In this document: positions 37,845 through 49,933 of the stretch, one piece after another
Layout: each line of letters starts with the position of its first letter
How positions within the stretch are numbered: the stretch's first letter is position 1
Origin: Eutreptiella sp. 'Long Island Sound 2002'
Taxonomy: Eukaryota; Protista; Euglenida
Assembly (NCBI GenBank): GCA_964036045.1
Contig: OZ038378.1
Span: forward strand, 182,156,001 to 182,220,000
Direction of reading: 5' to 3'
Length of the DNA stretch: 64,000 nucleotides
Translations under genes and position numbers: made by a program
Notes under the pieces: generated by a model
Seen by the model: the letters and a program-made list of their open reading frames with translations, nothing else
The model's database searches: none
Told to the model about the DNA's origin: nothing

Positions 37845-38899
37845 TAGCACACACTTGCCTGCCGCCTCCTGTTGTCGGGTATTTCCGTTGTCCTTCCCTT
37901 GGTGAGGAGTCCGTTGCTGTGCGCCCCCCCAAAAGCAGTTGTGTTGCTGGGCCGACCAGGGCCTTCCGGCCCATCCGCGCGGCTCTGTCTCCCGACTGCT
38001 CCACCGGCTCGCTCGCAGGATGCCGTTGCTCGTCCATGGGCCACGCAGGGCGATCACGCTGATTGGGCGAGTCGCTCGCCAGGCCACCCGGGGCCTGCAC
38101 TGCCCATACGCCCATACAGGCATTGCACACTTGAGCACAGATGAGGGCTACATTCTCCTCAGCATGTCATCTGCCTGTCCTCTGCCCCTCGCACTCACTA
38201 CCGTCCGGGGCCGTGCTGCACTTTTGCACGCCGGACGCCGCCGCTCATCCACAAGCCACTCAGGGCCATCACATCCATACGGGCAGGTCACTCACCGAGC
38301 CGCTCAGGGACCATCGGGGACCGTCCCCTCGCTCACTCCAAAGCACATGCTCATAGAGGAGGGCTGCGCGTACCCTGTCTCGTACCGGTACCATTGGCAG
38401 GCATGAGGCTACGTCGCGCCGCCGCGGCCGATCGTCAGCGCAACTGGTGTGCTGCCCACCCCACCGGTCTGTTGCTGGCCGACACATGGCACACGAGGAG
38501 CTTTTCTTGGTGGCCGGAGCACAGGACCGGGGCACGGCGCCCCACCCTTTCTGTTGCCACTGCGGCTGCCCGTTGGTACACCTTCGCCCACCATACCACC
38601 AAACATGCCGCCAAGCTTCTCTCACCGCCTCCCCCGGTCTTCCGTGTACTCCACGCACTCTGTGGCCGCCTCTTGCGCCGCTCTCCTCTGCTCCGTCTCC
38701 ACTGTTGCGCAGCTGCAATGTCGTCTTCTTGTGGCTAGTGCAGTGGGGCCCCTCGTCCCCCCGCTACTGTGGCGGGTTGGCTGTCAGGGCTGCCACGTGC
38801 CATGAGCCCTTAATTTGGACCGTCTGCAGTCCCAAGAGCCAGCCCTTCAGGAGGAGGTGAGGAGGTGAAGGGGGGGGGGGATGGCGCGATATGGCCTCC

Positions 38900-39150
38900 A
38901 CAACGCTGGAGCTTTCTCTGCATCCAGGCCGTTCCCAATGTGCCTTTTTTGGCGGTGCTTTCTGCAGAGGGTTCGTACCGGAACAAGAGGAGAGAATGGC
39001 GTATCCAACGAGTCCAGCCCGAGTGCACGTTTCCAGTCCGCACAAGAGGTATACCCATGGCCCCTCTCCGCGCTGCATTTGCCATTGCGTTTAATCGAGG
39101 TGTGGGCACATGTGGGCGTATGCCGATGTGGGTGCGCCGACAGACAGACC
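38900..39150 (+). pseudogene. Possible decayed PIF1-type (Helitron-like) helicase C-terminal fragment
   Basis: WRIQRV...TFPVRTR...PLRAAFAIAFNRGVGT resembles the IPRI...PF...RRQFP.RLAFAMTINKSQG motif. Pattern match by eye only. Confidence 0.3.
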
Positions 39151-39343
39151 CATCCATCACTGTCCCCAGGCAATTCCTGTGAAAGCCGGGGGCTGATAGG
39201 AATCGCATGCCACATTGCATTGCGATCCCCATTCGACGCCCCAAGTCCGCTCGGCCCTCGGGCGCAGCCACTGGCGCGACGCAGAACTCTAACGGGCTTC
39301 CCCAGCGAACGTAGTGGGCTGTCGTGTGTGCAAGGGGGTGTAG

Positions 39344-39345
<2 letters not shown>

Positions 39346-39389
<44 letters not shown>

Positions 39390-39524
39390 CAGTTCAGTTC
39401 AGTTCAGTCTGAGCGCCAACATTTTTGCTCCTCTAATGAGGATGCCGGAGACTTGTACCCACAGTGCCTCCCGGTGCATTTGCATCCGCATTGGTTATCT
39501 GTTGATTCCTTTCTCCTTCACTAA

Positions 39525-39569
<45 letters not shown>

Positions 39570-39576
39570 TGCGTGC
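39346..39576. repeat. Compound microsatellites (GT)n, (TTCAG)4, (GT)n(GCGT)n
   Basis: Directly visible at 39346-39407 and 39525-39576. Confidence 0.95.
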
Positions 39577-42500
39577 ATTTGCGCGCGCGCGTGTGTGAGC
39601 CAGCGAGCACAGGAGGACTGAAGTAGTGAGCACCACCACCTGATAGGGATGGTTACGTCAGGGCATCCATCGGGGTGATGGGTATTGCTCGGGCCTGTGG
39701 ATTTGCCCTTTGTGTCTACGCAGAGGAGAGAAATTCCACCTGCCGACGTTCGACAGACATCGCCGTGGGAGCTGGGAACCCGTATGACCCATGAGGAGCT
39801 GCCGATTACTTTCTAAGGTCGGATCACGTCCCTGTGGGATGCGTAAAGCGATGTGTTTTGCGGCCAGTGCTGACCCATTCGGGCTTCCCATACGGTCAGC
39901 AAAGCGCTGGGCACTGGGCAGAGAGCAGGGTTGCCTCGGGGCGTCAGTGGTGGGGCGAGGGTTGGGTTTGGGTTTGGTCTAGGACCCTTTCTTCCGTATC
40001 GCTCCGCGGCCTGAGGTGCTGTGGAGGTTGTCCTGTGCCCTGGTACATGGAGGACCGCCATTGCTGCCTTGGGGTACACAGGTGGCACAGTATACATGCA
40101 TATCTACCCCCTCCCCAGCCTTTGCTCAACCATTAGGGAGCGCCAGGTAATGCCGTCACTGCTGCCTTCACGATGGGCAGGGGAAACAGTGTACATACAT
40201 ACAATCCTATGTCAGTTCGCAGGGGCAGCCAGGGCCAGGGTCCTGAACCCTCTGGTGGCCAGGGCTGTGGTGCTCCAAGTCACAGTGAACAGTCCGTGCA
40301 CCGAGCACTAACCGAGCGCTGAGGGCTACAATTTACTTCACCTTACTTCACAACACGGGCATGGTGGCCACAACTGACGTTGGGGAGGGGAGGATGGCAC
40401 AGGGGCAATGTGCAGAACAGAAGGGGGAACCACAAAGCACGTCCCGAAGACAGGAGACGGGCGATGGAGGCGTGGGGACAGGTCCACCCCGCCCCCAAGT
40501 GCATACAGTTTTGGGCCTGCGTACGGTTGCATCACCTTCAAACCCGATCAATCGAGCAACACGCATCGAGCGGTGAACAGAGCTGTTGCTTTCGGGTCTT
40601 TCTGCAGCACATTTGCCTCTGATGTCCAGCACAAGACACCGGCATAGGCCACTGAAGAGGCCATCGTGGGAGCCTCCAGCCACTGTTTCGCTGGCGCGAC
40701 CCTCTCTAAGTCCGGCGACACCTTTTAGACCGCAGTATTTGTGGTCAGCAACACACAATAACACGTCTGTGAGTCGGTTGTAGTTGGAAAGGGGGACCTG
40801 TGAAGAGTTGCTGCTGCTCATCACAACGCTTTGTGCGTTGAGAGCCGAACTTCTACCGGTTTAGACGTGGCTGTGATGGGACCCAATACCACCCGCTCGC
40901 GCATCAGCACTGCCTTGTCCGAGCATGCGATCACATTTTACCGTCGTTTTCGCCACCATCTCATGCATCCCAGTGCGGAGACGCATGCGGGACACATGTG
41001 GCAAGCGCCTGACGGCTTGGGAGCCTCTACCCCCGGGGAGGGGGAGGGGGCAGTGGCTGCAGGGGCACTGACCATCCGACCGTCTTTAGTCGGGTAAGGA
41101 GGAGTTGGTCATTACCCTGGTCCTGGTACCTTCTGGTCACGTGGAATGCATGGTGGGCGAACGCTGAAAAGCGGCTTCGGGCGGGCATTTGAGACCTCTT
41201 AGAGGTGCCTATTTGTACCTCTGGCAGCACACGGCGGACCGGAGGCATGTGTTGACCATGCAACACATGCATGTGACCTTAGTGCTTCACGCAATGGTTG
41301 GGGATAGGTTCTCACTATTTGGTGCTGGTATCCAGCGTTCAATTTAAAGCAATGGACCAGCATAATTTGTAACGACTCACTGTTGATTGAGGGAATGAAT
41401 GGTGAATGATGAATGTTGGGTGTAGCCACCCAACCGCGCGCGCACAAGGGCTCAGTCGGTAGCTCTGGGGGCCCACGACCCATGCGGGTCTCCCTCTCTA
41501 AAATTGTTCTTCCCCAACCGCGCGCGCACACACACACACACACAACAGAAACGCCTTTTGTGCCTTTATTCCTGCTTTGAGAACAGGGGCATACACACCG
41601 ATGCGACAAATATGCAAAGCGCCCGTGCCTTTCATGTGCAGGTGCGTCCCCTTTTGTCCACGCTGTGATTCGGGAGTCGGGTTAGGGACTCCCTGGCTGA
41701 CTCGCTGGCCTGAGGGTGTTCAACATGTTTCAGCGTCCCTTGGCAGTTACCTTGGTTCGTCCAGCAGGATGCTGCCCTTTGGAAGTGGCTTCTTCAGGCA
41801 TCGCTGCTGACTTGCTGATGTGGCCACCATGTTGGGGCCACCGTGTTTACACTGGCACAACTCTTCTACCAGGGACACCCCCGATGGTGAGGATTTGATG
41901 GTGCCATTGTCCCGCTATTCTGAATGTGATAAGACATGGCGGTCCGGAATCCGTCCGCTTTGGCTGTCCTTCAGGAACGGGATTGTTCTTTTTTTTTTCT
42001 TCGTCGTGAAGGACGCCCTCAAAGGTCATGCTGATTCTGAGGGGAGGCTACGAATAGAGGCACAGAGTACCAAGTAACAGGCTGATGCGCGACCTAACCA
42101 GTGATAACTCCCGCTTTGTGGATAACATATCTTCAGTTCAAAGCGCTGTGGCATTTAAAGTGAAGGTGTTGCTGACAGCCTTTGATAACCACAGGCTGAA
42201 GCTTGCATGCCTTCTGCATTTCGTACGGCACCGCAGATGTGGCCTGGACCCCCTACAATTGGGGTTAAGGCAAAGGCCACCTTGCCAGTGTCCCCCTGGA
42301 TTGGCCCAAAATTCCGCCTCTTCAGTAAATTAGAACCTCCCCTACTCTGACAACCACATCTCTAACGCGGTTGTGGGTGAAGATCCTGTTCTTGCTATTT
42401 GTGAAACTCACCCAAAACCACGGCACAAGCCTCATGAGCTCACTGTGGCATCGCAGCCAAGGCACCTACGCCAGTGTCAGAGTGTGATTTGGAGTGGGTT

Positions 42501-44477
42501 GATTGCAGGATCGGGGCAACCATGCATGCACCCAACATTTTTTGAGGTGTCGCTGATAGCATTCCAGGGCAAAGCCCAAGTGCTCCAAATTTCCACCTCT
42601 GAGTATAAGCAAGCGGGTGCTGATGCTCTGACTTCACCTGAGGTGCTGAGGGACAACGGTTGTCTATCCGGGCCAACAACCCTGAACCAGGCAATCTCAC
42701 AGTATCCCTTATTAAGCCCAATTGGACCTCTTAACCTTCAGGCCTTTCGCATCGTCTATTTGTTCCCCCTTTTGTTGTCGGTTTCGGCCGTAACCTGAGG
42801 GCCCCACAGTGCATGCGCACTGCTGTGGCTGAGTAGGAATCACGCTATTGCCATGTATTGTTACGTTGGTATTGTTGCAAGTTGGGCTGTTTACGACGTG
42901 CAATATTCTGGAGTGACAACAGCCCCAACATGGACCTTGTGAACAGAAATCCGTGCAGACCCCTTTACTGGGAATTGGATGTCATAATTTGTAGCGCAAG
43001 TCGATTTTCCAACCTTGGTCCAGAAAATGTATGTACCAGATGTATTCTTGGCTGCAATTGAATGCATTTCTAACCCTCAGTACGTAATTCCCTTTTTCTT
43101 TTACCCATGCCCAGCACTCGCTTCGAATGCCAAAAAGTCTCAGCTTCCAGTCTTTCAACAATCATGCACAAAATCTGTTTGTACTTACATCCACTTGCAT
43201 CGTGCACAAAATCAATTTCACATAGCATGGGCTGCTGTATCAACCTGCACAATGGCCACAACAACAATTTCATCGGCAGCTGCATGAGGGGTTGGTCAAG
43301 AAACACACAACAAACAATGAAAAACACACTACTGCGAATCTGCCCCATTGGGTTTTAGAATTGAGCATGCAGCTGGCCAGTCTGATTTTCTGATTCGTTT
43401 TCCCACGTGGCCTAGGATATCTTTAATTTATGTTGGTCAGGTAGCTTTCCAAGTCTTTTCATTGTGTAGGTGGCATGGTTGCCCTCCACAATGATTTGGC
43501 CAATGGCAACAATTTTGATGTTTCCACCCTATCTGCTGCAAAATAGATGCTGTGCACGAATCGAGAGTTGGAGTCACTAAGGGCCGCACGAGGCCAGGTG
43601 TGCATCAGAGTTTCGCCCCTCAACGCCCCACCCCGCCCGGCCTCACTGCCCCGCACGTTGCACATTTGTCGTCTTGAATTTCACAATAATTACAGTGTGC
43701 ATGATGAAGTCTGTTCGGTGCAATGCATGTCTTGTTTTAGAACAAAGCCTTGTGAGCCCCAATGGTTGTGCCTTGCAATGGGGTTATTGAAGGATCACAT
43801 GGTGAATCAAGGTGTAGAGGCCAATGCCAAGCAGCACACAACTGGTAAATTGGACCGAATGCGCTGGTCACATGCAAAGTCAGCTGAGGTCAAGGCCACC
43901 AACATGGGAGACACAGTTTATTGCATGTTATTGCATGCTAGGCAGGATGTGTCACTGCATGTCCAGATCCAAAGGAGACTTCTCATCCCACAAGTTAGCT
44001 GATAGCTCAGGACAGCATGTCATTGTTGTTGTGCCAATTCCCGATGATCCTCTTGGACCATTAGGGGTGCTTATACTGGATAATTGCGCCCATTTTGAGC
44101 GCATGTTGACCTATTGTAGCCCATGTAGCCACATGAATGTACCAAGTTGTACACTTCAGGCATACTTGAGAGCCACGGTGTGGAGCCACGTTGAGTTGGT
44201 GAGAGAGGTGCAGATTGGAGGATATGTTTATGGGGGCGGGGGGTTCTGGCCAAAACGATGCAAAGTCCGCATTTTTCGGCCGTTTTTTGATTTTTATCCT
44301 ACATTGGTTTGGACTGTGCTAAAAAGTTTGTCCCCCCCGATTTTGGAGAATTAAAAAAGTCCCTGGCTGATTTGCAACACGGCCAATTTTGTTTTAAAAT
44401 TCTGCCTATTTCAGCCTGTTTGGCCCTGATCTAGGGCACCCGATCCTTGCTACCGACCTTGCTCCAACATGTTGTCA

Positions 44478-45206
44478 GGGGGCACCTTAAGCGCAGTGCG
44501 CGCGCAGTGCAACTATTTGGGCGTCTAGCCGTAGTAGAAACCCATACTTTGTGGTACTTTTGGCATCATTGTTGTTTGGTAGTAGGTTTTGATGCATTGG
44601 GGATCTGGCATTTTTGGATGTTCACCGTGTTTCACCCATTTCTACTTTTTTGCACACATTTTTTGCCCATTTCCACCACATCTACTCTTTTTCTCGGTTG
44701 ATTGATATGGTGATACACTTTGAGGGTGCCTGCTACGGGACATCATACTTCCCTCCTCATTTCTCAGGCCCACTTTCTCCATGCATCTCAAAATTGGGGA
44801 TAGGGTGTTCTGCACCCGCTCCAATGGCCTGCGACCTCCTGCCACAGTGGTTGGGACGGCTGAAGATGGACTCCTCCACTTGGAATACTCCCAACATGGG
44901 TTGAGAGTGGTGAATCGGCAATGCAAGATGGAGTCCATCTCCTTTGCCATCCCAAGTTCAGACTTGCCACCTGATTGCCCTCCATCTCCGCCGCCCAACA
45001 CACAGTCAAGTCCCCCCCCAAAGGCCCCTGGTTGGTCCTTCACCACTGCCACAAGAACTGGGAAGGTCCCCCTCAAGGTCCCCTCCAGTGCAGTTTGGGT
45101 CGCCTACTTCTAAGGGTGTTTCCAAGGGGCGTGCCTAGGGGCTCTTCGGGGGGAACATAGTCTAAAAGTAGTGCGCAGTGTGCGCGCGCACTGCAAGGAT
45201 TCCCCC
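44478..45206 (+). mobile_element. Non-autonomous Harbinger-like element (copy B), 729 bp, TSD TCA
   Basis: Ends read TCA|GGGGGCACCTTAAGCGCAGTGC ... GCAAGGATTCCCCC|TCA. It has imperfect short TIRs, a 3-bp TSD and terminal homology to copy C. Confidence 0.85.
44781..45113 (+). CDS. Small ORF inside copy B with a Tudor/KOW/SH3-like barrel followed by a Pro-rich tail
   Basis: LKIGDRVFCTRSNGLRPPATVVGTAEDGLLHLEYSQHG aligns by eye with the minus-strand ORF at about 57750-57926. The fold assignment is inferred from the residue pattern. Confidence 0.4.
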   Translation: MHLKIGDRVFCTRSNGLRPPATVVGTAEDGLLHLEYSQHGLRVVNRQCKMESISFAIPSSDLPPDCPPSPPPNTQSSPPPKAPGWSFTTATRTGKVPLKVPSSAVWVAYF

Positions 45207-45779
45207 TCAGTTCATCAACTAATGAAAATTGGTCACTTTATACGGTTTGATGTGCTGAATGCAAAACTGCAGGAATTATGGCCCAATGAAACAACATGCT
45301 AGAGAAATTGTCCAAACATTGTCCTTCGGGGGTCTGCTGCAGTCTAGAGCAGTGCCACACACCACTTTACAGTAGTAAATGGACAATTTTTCTTACATAT
45401 CGTTTCCTAGAGCCGTATTTGCATTTTTGAATTCAGCACATCAAGCTGCACGGAATACCACTCTTCGCTTTTGGATGAAGTGAGAATATGTCGGGGCAAT
45501 GCCCATGGGAAGTCATGGAGCATGCTGCGCGCAGGCAGCTTAGCATTAGAAAAGCCCTCTCGACCCTGAAATGCCGCAAAGTTTGGCCCGCTACTCAAAA
45601 ATATGGTCTCCTAACCCCCCCCCCCCATGACCCAAAATTCTCCGAAACGGGTTTTTCTTGGAGATTTTGAAAAGGTAAACATACCCCAACCCTCCGGAAT
45701 ATTTTTTTTTAGAGAAAAATGGCAAAAACAGAAAAGGCTTTGCGTCGGAATCACCCCCCCCCCCCCTCGGGAAAACGCC

Positions 45780-45815
<36 letters not shown>

Positions 45816-45871
45816 GGGGGTGCCTTAAGCGCAGTGCGCGTGCAGTGCGCGCGCAGTGCAAGGATCCCCCC
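45816..45871 (+). mobile_element. Minimal 56-bp Harbinger-like element (copy D), TSD ATA
   Basis: ATA|GGGGGTGCCTTAA-(GCGCAGTGCGC-type unit x3)-GGATCCCCCC|ATA: only the two ends and the 11-bp units remain. Confidence 0.75.
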
Positions 45872-48800
45872 ATAGATATATAGATATAAATATAGACGAA
45901 GAAAAAATAGACTAGTAACAGCGATAGGCAGCACGCGCATTTTGCAATCGATTTGCGATTTCGATTTCTGCGGCTAGAAATCGATTTGATAGCAATAATG
46001 TGTATGGTTTTCAAAGCCCAACAATGTTGTAATTTCGCTGATCTACAACACCAACAGGTTCGGCAATGTAGCTGTGATCAGCCGGAATTTTCACCTCGGA
46101 ACCGTGATCAGCGTCAAAAACTACCTAGATTTAGCATTTGGTTTATCGCAATTTGAGCCAGTAGGCTGCGGATGTGAGTTTTCAGGGTTTAACACTTTTT
46201 GCCCAATTGGACCATTTTTTGCCCATTTGGCCTTACCCGGTGACTGTAGCATTGAACCAAGTATTTTCCCGAGTTTGGATGCACCCACGTGATTTAGAAA
46301 ATATCAAGGCTGCCCCCAATAGCCCTTTTATGGCATGTAGAGTGGGCGCGCAAAAGTGGTAAAAAGCAGTTTTCACGTCGGTTTGAGCACCTTCATGCCA
46401 CGCAATTGCTAGGTGCTATATCCCGGCCTAGGGATCGAACCTTTGTGTGCGCTAGTCCCATATGGGACCTAAAGGATGCGTCTAAACATTTTTGCGTGCC
46501 TATGGCCTCTAGCAAAGCATACTAGTGCGAAAACTAAAAGATACCAGCTTTTTAGGCTATGTGTCTTATTGCTTTCATAGCTTGCCAACATCATGCGTCT
46601 TTTCTCAGCGTCCGCCTTACGTCTCTAGATCTCCATGGGACTTCAACCAAGTATTTTGTGGTATTTTTGAGCTAGGGGGAGGGGAAAGGCCGCTAGCATG
46701 CTAGCTTCAGCCACATTGGCCCTCACTTATATAGGTTCAGAGTTTGGTATTTTGGTTGCGGGAGTGAAAGATTTTAAGGAGTCGTTCCTCTCTTTCTAAA
46801 AGAGGTAACCTTTTTGGTTTTCAAGCGGTTGGTTTTACAAACATCAGGAGGAAACCCATTTAAAACCTCTTACCCACTTGCGCAAAAAGTGAGAAGTTTC
46901 AATTTCAAAAAAAGGTACCATGCCTTAATTTGAACTACTATGCCTAACTATGGCCACTGGACGGCATTCCAAAATTAGCAAGGGGGAGCAGAAGCATGTA
47001 CCATATTCCTAATAAAGCTGTGATGTCACCTTGGGGTGTGACAATATTCCTTATTGTGCAATAAGGTGTTTGAGAGGCCAAGGCCCATAAGACCACCGGG
47101 CACCACATGCCCTGAGGACAAAGACAACCAAGCACTCCCAACTGCATGCTATGGGCAAAGGTCACTCCATATACACTGTTGCAGTGACTTTCTCCAATGA
47201 GCAACACAACCATGTAGCCTTCCACTTGGGCCTACCACATGCTGACACCGTAGAAAGCCTCCATACGTGTTTCAAACTAACTTGAAATGTCACTAAATTG
47301 GCGGAATTTGACAATTGTTTACCATGCACCATCAATTTTGTTGTTTTGCAAAGCAGCCCAAGTCAACTTTTGGTGCCGCCAACAGTAGTAGGCACACAAT
47401 TGGCCTTTGACTGAAGCATGGGCAATACGTATTCCTGAAAAGGCTACGGGTGGGCCCTGAGATCCGAATATTCTTAGCAAGCAATATTCAAGTAAAGAGT
47501 ACCTGGTAATGCTGGTCGCCCGATCTCCCATTGATCGGAAGGCCGCACATGCGCATAAGTGAAACGCACGGAGGTAGTGCTTGGGGAAGATCCAGCTAAC
47601 GGTAGGTGATTTTGCCAGCAAAGGTGGGTGCTCGGGATAAATGCTTACTGCCGGGCGCTAATGCCGCTGTCGTCCAATGATGAATGTGGGCTTCGACTCT
47701 GGACTGATTCTCCTTCTTATCATAGGACTAAGGGGACGCCACAGGGACTTGCGGGCGCTGACGCCGCCGTCGTCAAAAGCTAAAATTCCACAATTGGGGT
47801 TGAAACATGAAACATGAAGCCTAGATGCCATCAGATTCCCTTGGGAAGATTTGGAATGTTACTTGCAGCGAAACACCATACGGCAAGGCGAAGTCCGTAC
47901 TAATATATCGTTCGCATAAGACATACGGACCATGTTCAAACAGGATTGGACCATGGTCCGGTAGGTGGACGATCCTGTGCAAACATACATGCCTAAACAG
48001 GTCTGTGATCCTGTATGAACATAGGCATTTTTGCCAAAAAAACCTCGCTAAAAATTAGAGTGGGCATTTATAGAGTTTGTGTGCCCCTTGAGTGCGCCTA
48101 GGGGGCGCCAAAATGGTGCTTTCTGGCCGCTTCCTTGTTTTTGTTACCAGCCGCGGCTAGCCGCCCTTGGGGGCACGGGGGTGGGGTGGGGGTTCCATCA
48201 CCCGCTTCCGCAACGTCCAACCATGGCTATGAGCCCCTCTTATGGACGAGGACAATTTCATGCACAATTGTCTACATTTTCGATATGTTGCTTTAGGATG
48301 TACAATCTACGGTCTTTTGTAATACACAGATGTACAATGTACAATCATGTTGATATAAGATTTGCAGGGCGAGTGTATATGGATGATGAGGGGGAAACTA
48401 TGGAATTGAATCCAACAAAAAAAAGACATGGGCAACGAGATAACATTTTGCTTCTGGGGATCTCATGGCGAGTGCGGTTCGCTCATCCTTTGGATTTGTT
48501 GTGCGTGACACAAAGGCTTGGTCAGTGAATCCTTTATGCTGTGTTTGCTGACATATTGAACCAGCAGGCCACCAGCCGGTACCACATAGGGTCCATAGTG
48601 GGTGCCTGCTTCCGCAATAGGCTCCTTCTCCACGGTGGGGGGCCTAAATGCCATTGTGTTGTGGTTTGCTGCTCATCCCGCATACACATGTCACATTTCT
48701 CCGTGTGCAGCCTCATGATCATCTGTTGAGTTTTGCAGAGGACGTGTTTGCTCGCAAAGCTCCATGTTGAGCGTGCATGCTGCAGGTGTCTTGTCTTTGC

Positions 48801-49933
48801 AATGCAAGGGCACCTTTTGGGGCACCGTGGCTGTTTGACTGGCAGCAATTCTGGAGAATGATAGTGCCCATATAGGGGAAGGACACTGTAGGATACAAGG
48901 AAGTTGAGTGCTAATGACATCCATGGTTATTATTTTGCGCAACAATTTGTGTGGTCAAATGAGGAGACACGCATTTAGGGTGACTAACAATGACCCAGGG
49001 AACATTTACGCCGCAAAGCAGTAAATAACACCCCTGCTGTCACATTCCCTATCCCCCCCCCCCCTGCTACCACAAGACCACAGGCTCGCTACGTGTTGTG
49101 CATACTTGCATCATTGTCCGCAAAGTGGTCCGCAGTACAACTCTGGTAGCAAATGCATGCGTGCCACAGACAGAACGTGCACTTTTGCACAACTTATTTG
49201 TGGTTGTTGCGAGGTTGGGTACATCAGTAGGATGTGCACACCCGTAGAATCCAGGTATTTTTGAGAACACGGATCAGGCTATTTGGACGCATGGGTTATG
49301 CTAAGGTTCTTGGAGGGCCAGAGCTTGATCTCCCACAGTTGCCTACACCTTGCCTCATCAAGCAGATCAAGCAGGAGGGGCCTGTATGGCTACATGAGTA
49401 ATCACCTGTGGATAGAGGTGGTGGTTGTTGATGAGTTTGATTTTTGGTGAGTATTGCCAATTATGCAAGCATTGGACAGGGCAATAACGTTCTGTGGGAT
49501 GAAGGGGCCTGGAGTGGGGCCCAACAATTGGGGCAACAGGGCAAGTTGAGGCTAGGGGAGGGACACACATGTTCCTTTTGTGTGTGCCTGTGATGTTAGG
49601 GTACGGTACTTTCAGCATGATGCCAGTGTATGCACATGGTCGGCGGACTGCCCCAAACTATTTGTTGTCCACATGCCACCCTCTCTCTTTTGTGACAGAA
49701 AGGTAACCCCTGTGTGCGGGCTCTGCCTATTGCTTGACCGCAGATCCAGTGCCTGCTGCTTGCGGTTGAAGGATTATTTGAATCTATGGTCTCTCAGGGC
49801 CACTGACGAGCCTGCTCTCTACCTTTTGTACCGGCGCACGTACTGTCATAAACTGACTTCTGATCGGGAGCAAATCGAAGGTGCAAGTTTCGTTTGAAAG
49901 AGATACGTGCTATTGCCCAGCCACTGATGGCAC

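Noticed and set aside
38881-39621. 246-aa ORF with VCVCVC runs
   Set aside because: It reads through (GT)n microsatellites and is spurious apart from the possible helicase relic in another frame.
47676-47715. ATGATGA...CTGA, box C/D-like snoRNA candidate
   Set aside because: I found no terminal stem or verifiable rRNA complementarity, and such motifs arise by chance in 64 kb.
48534-49900. LINE-like remnants on the minus strand (CDMC..T..HL; LPFCHKREGG)
   Set aside because: Isolated short motifs without a YADD-type RT domain.
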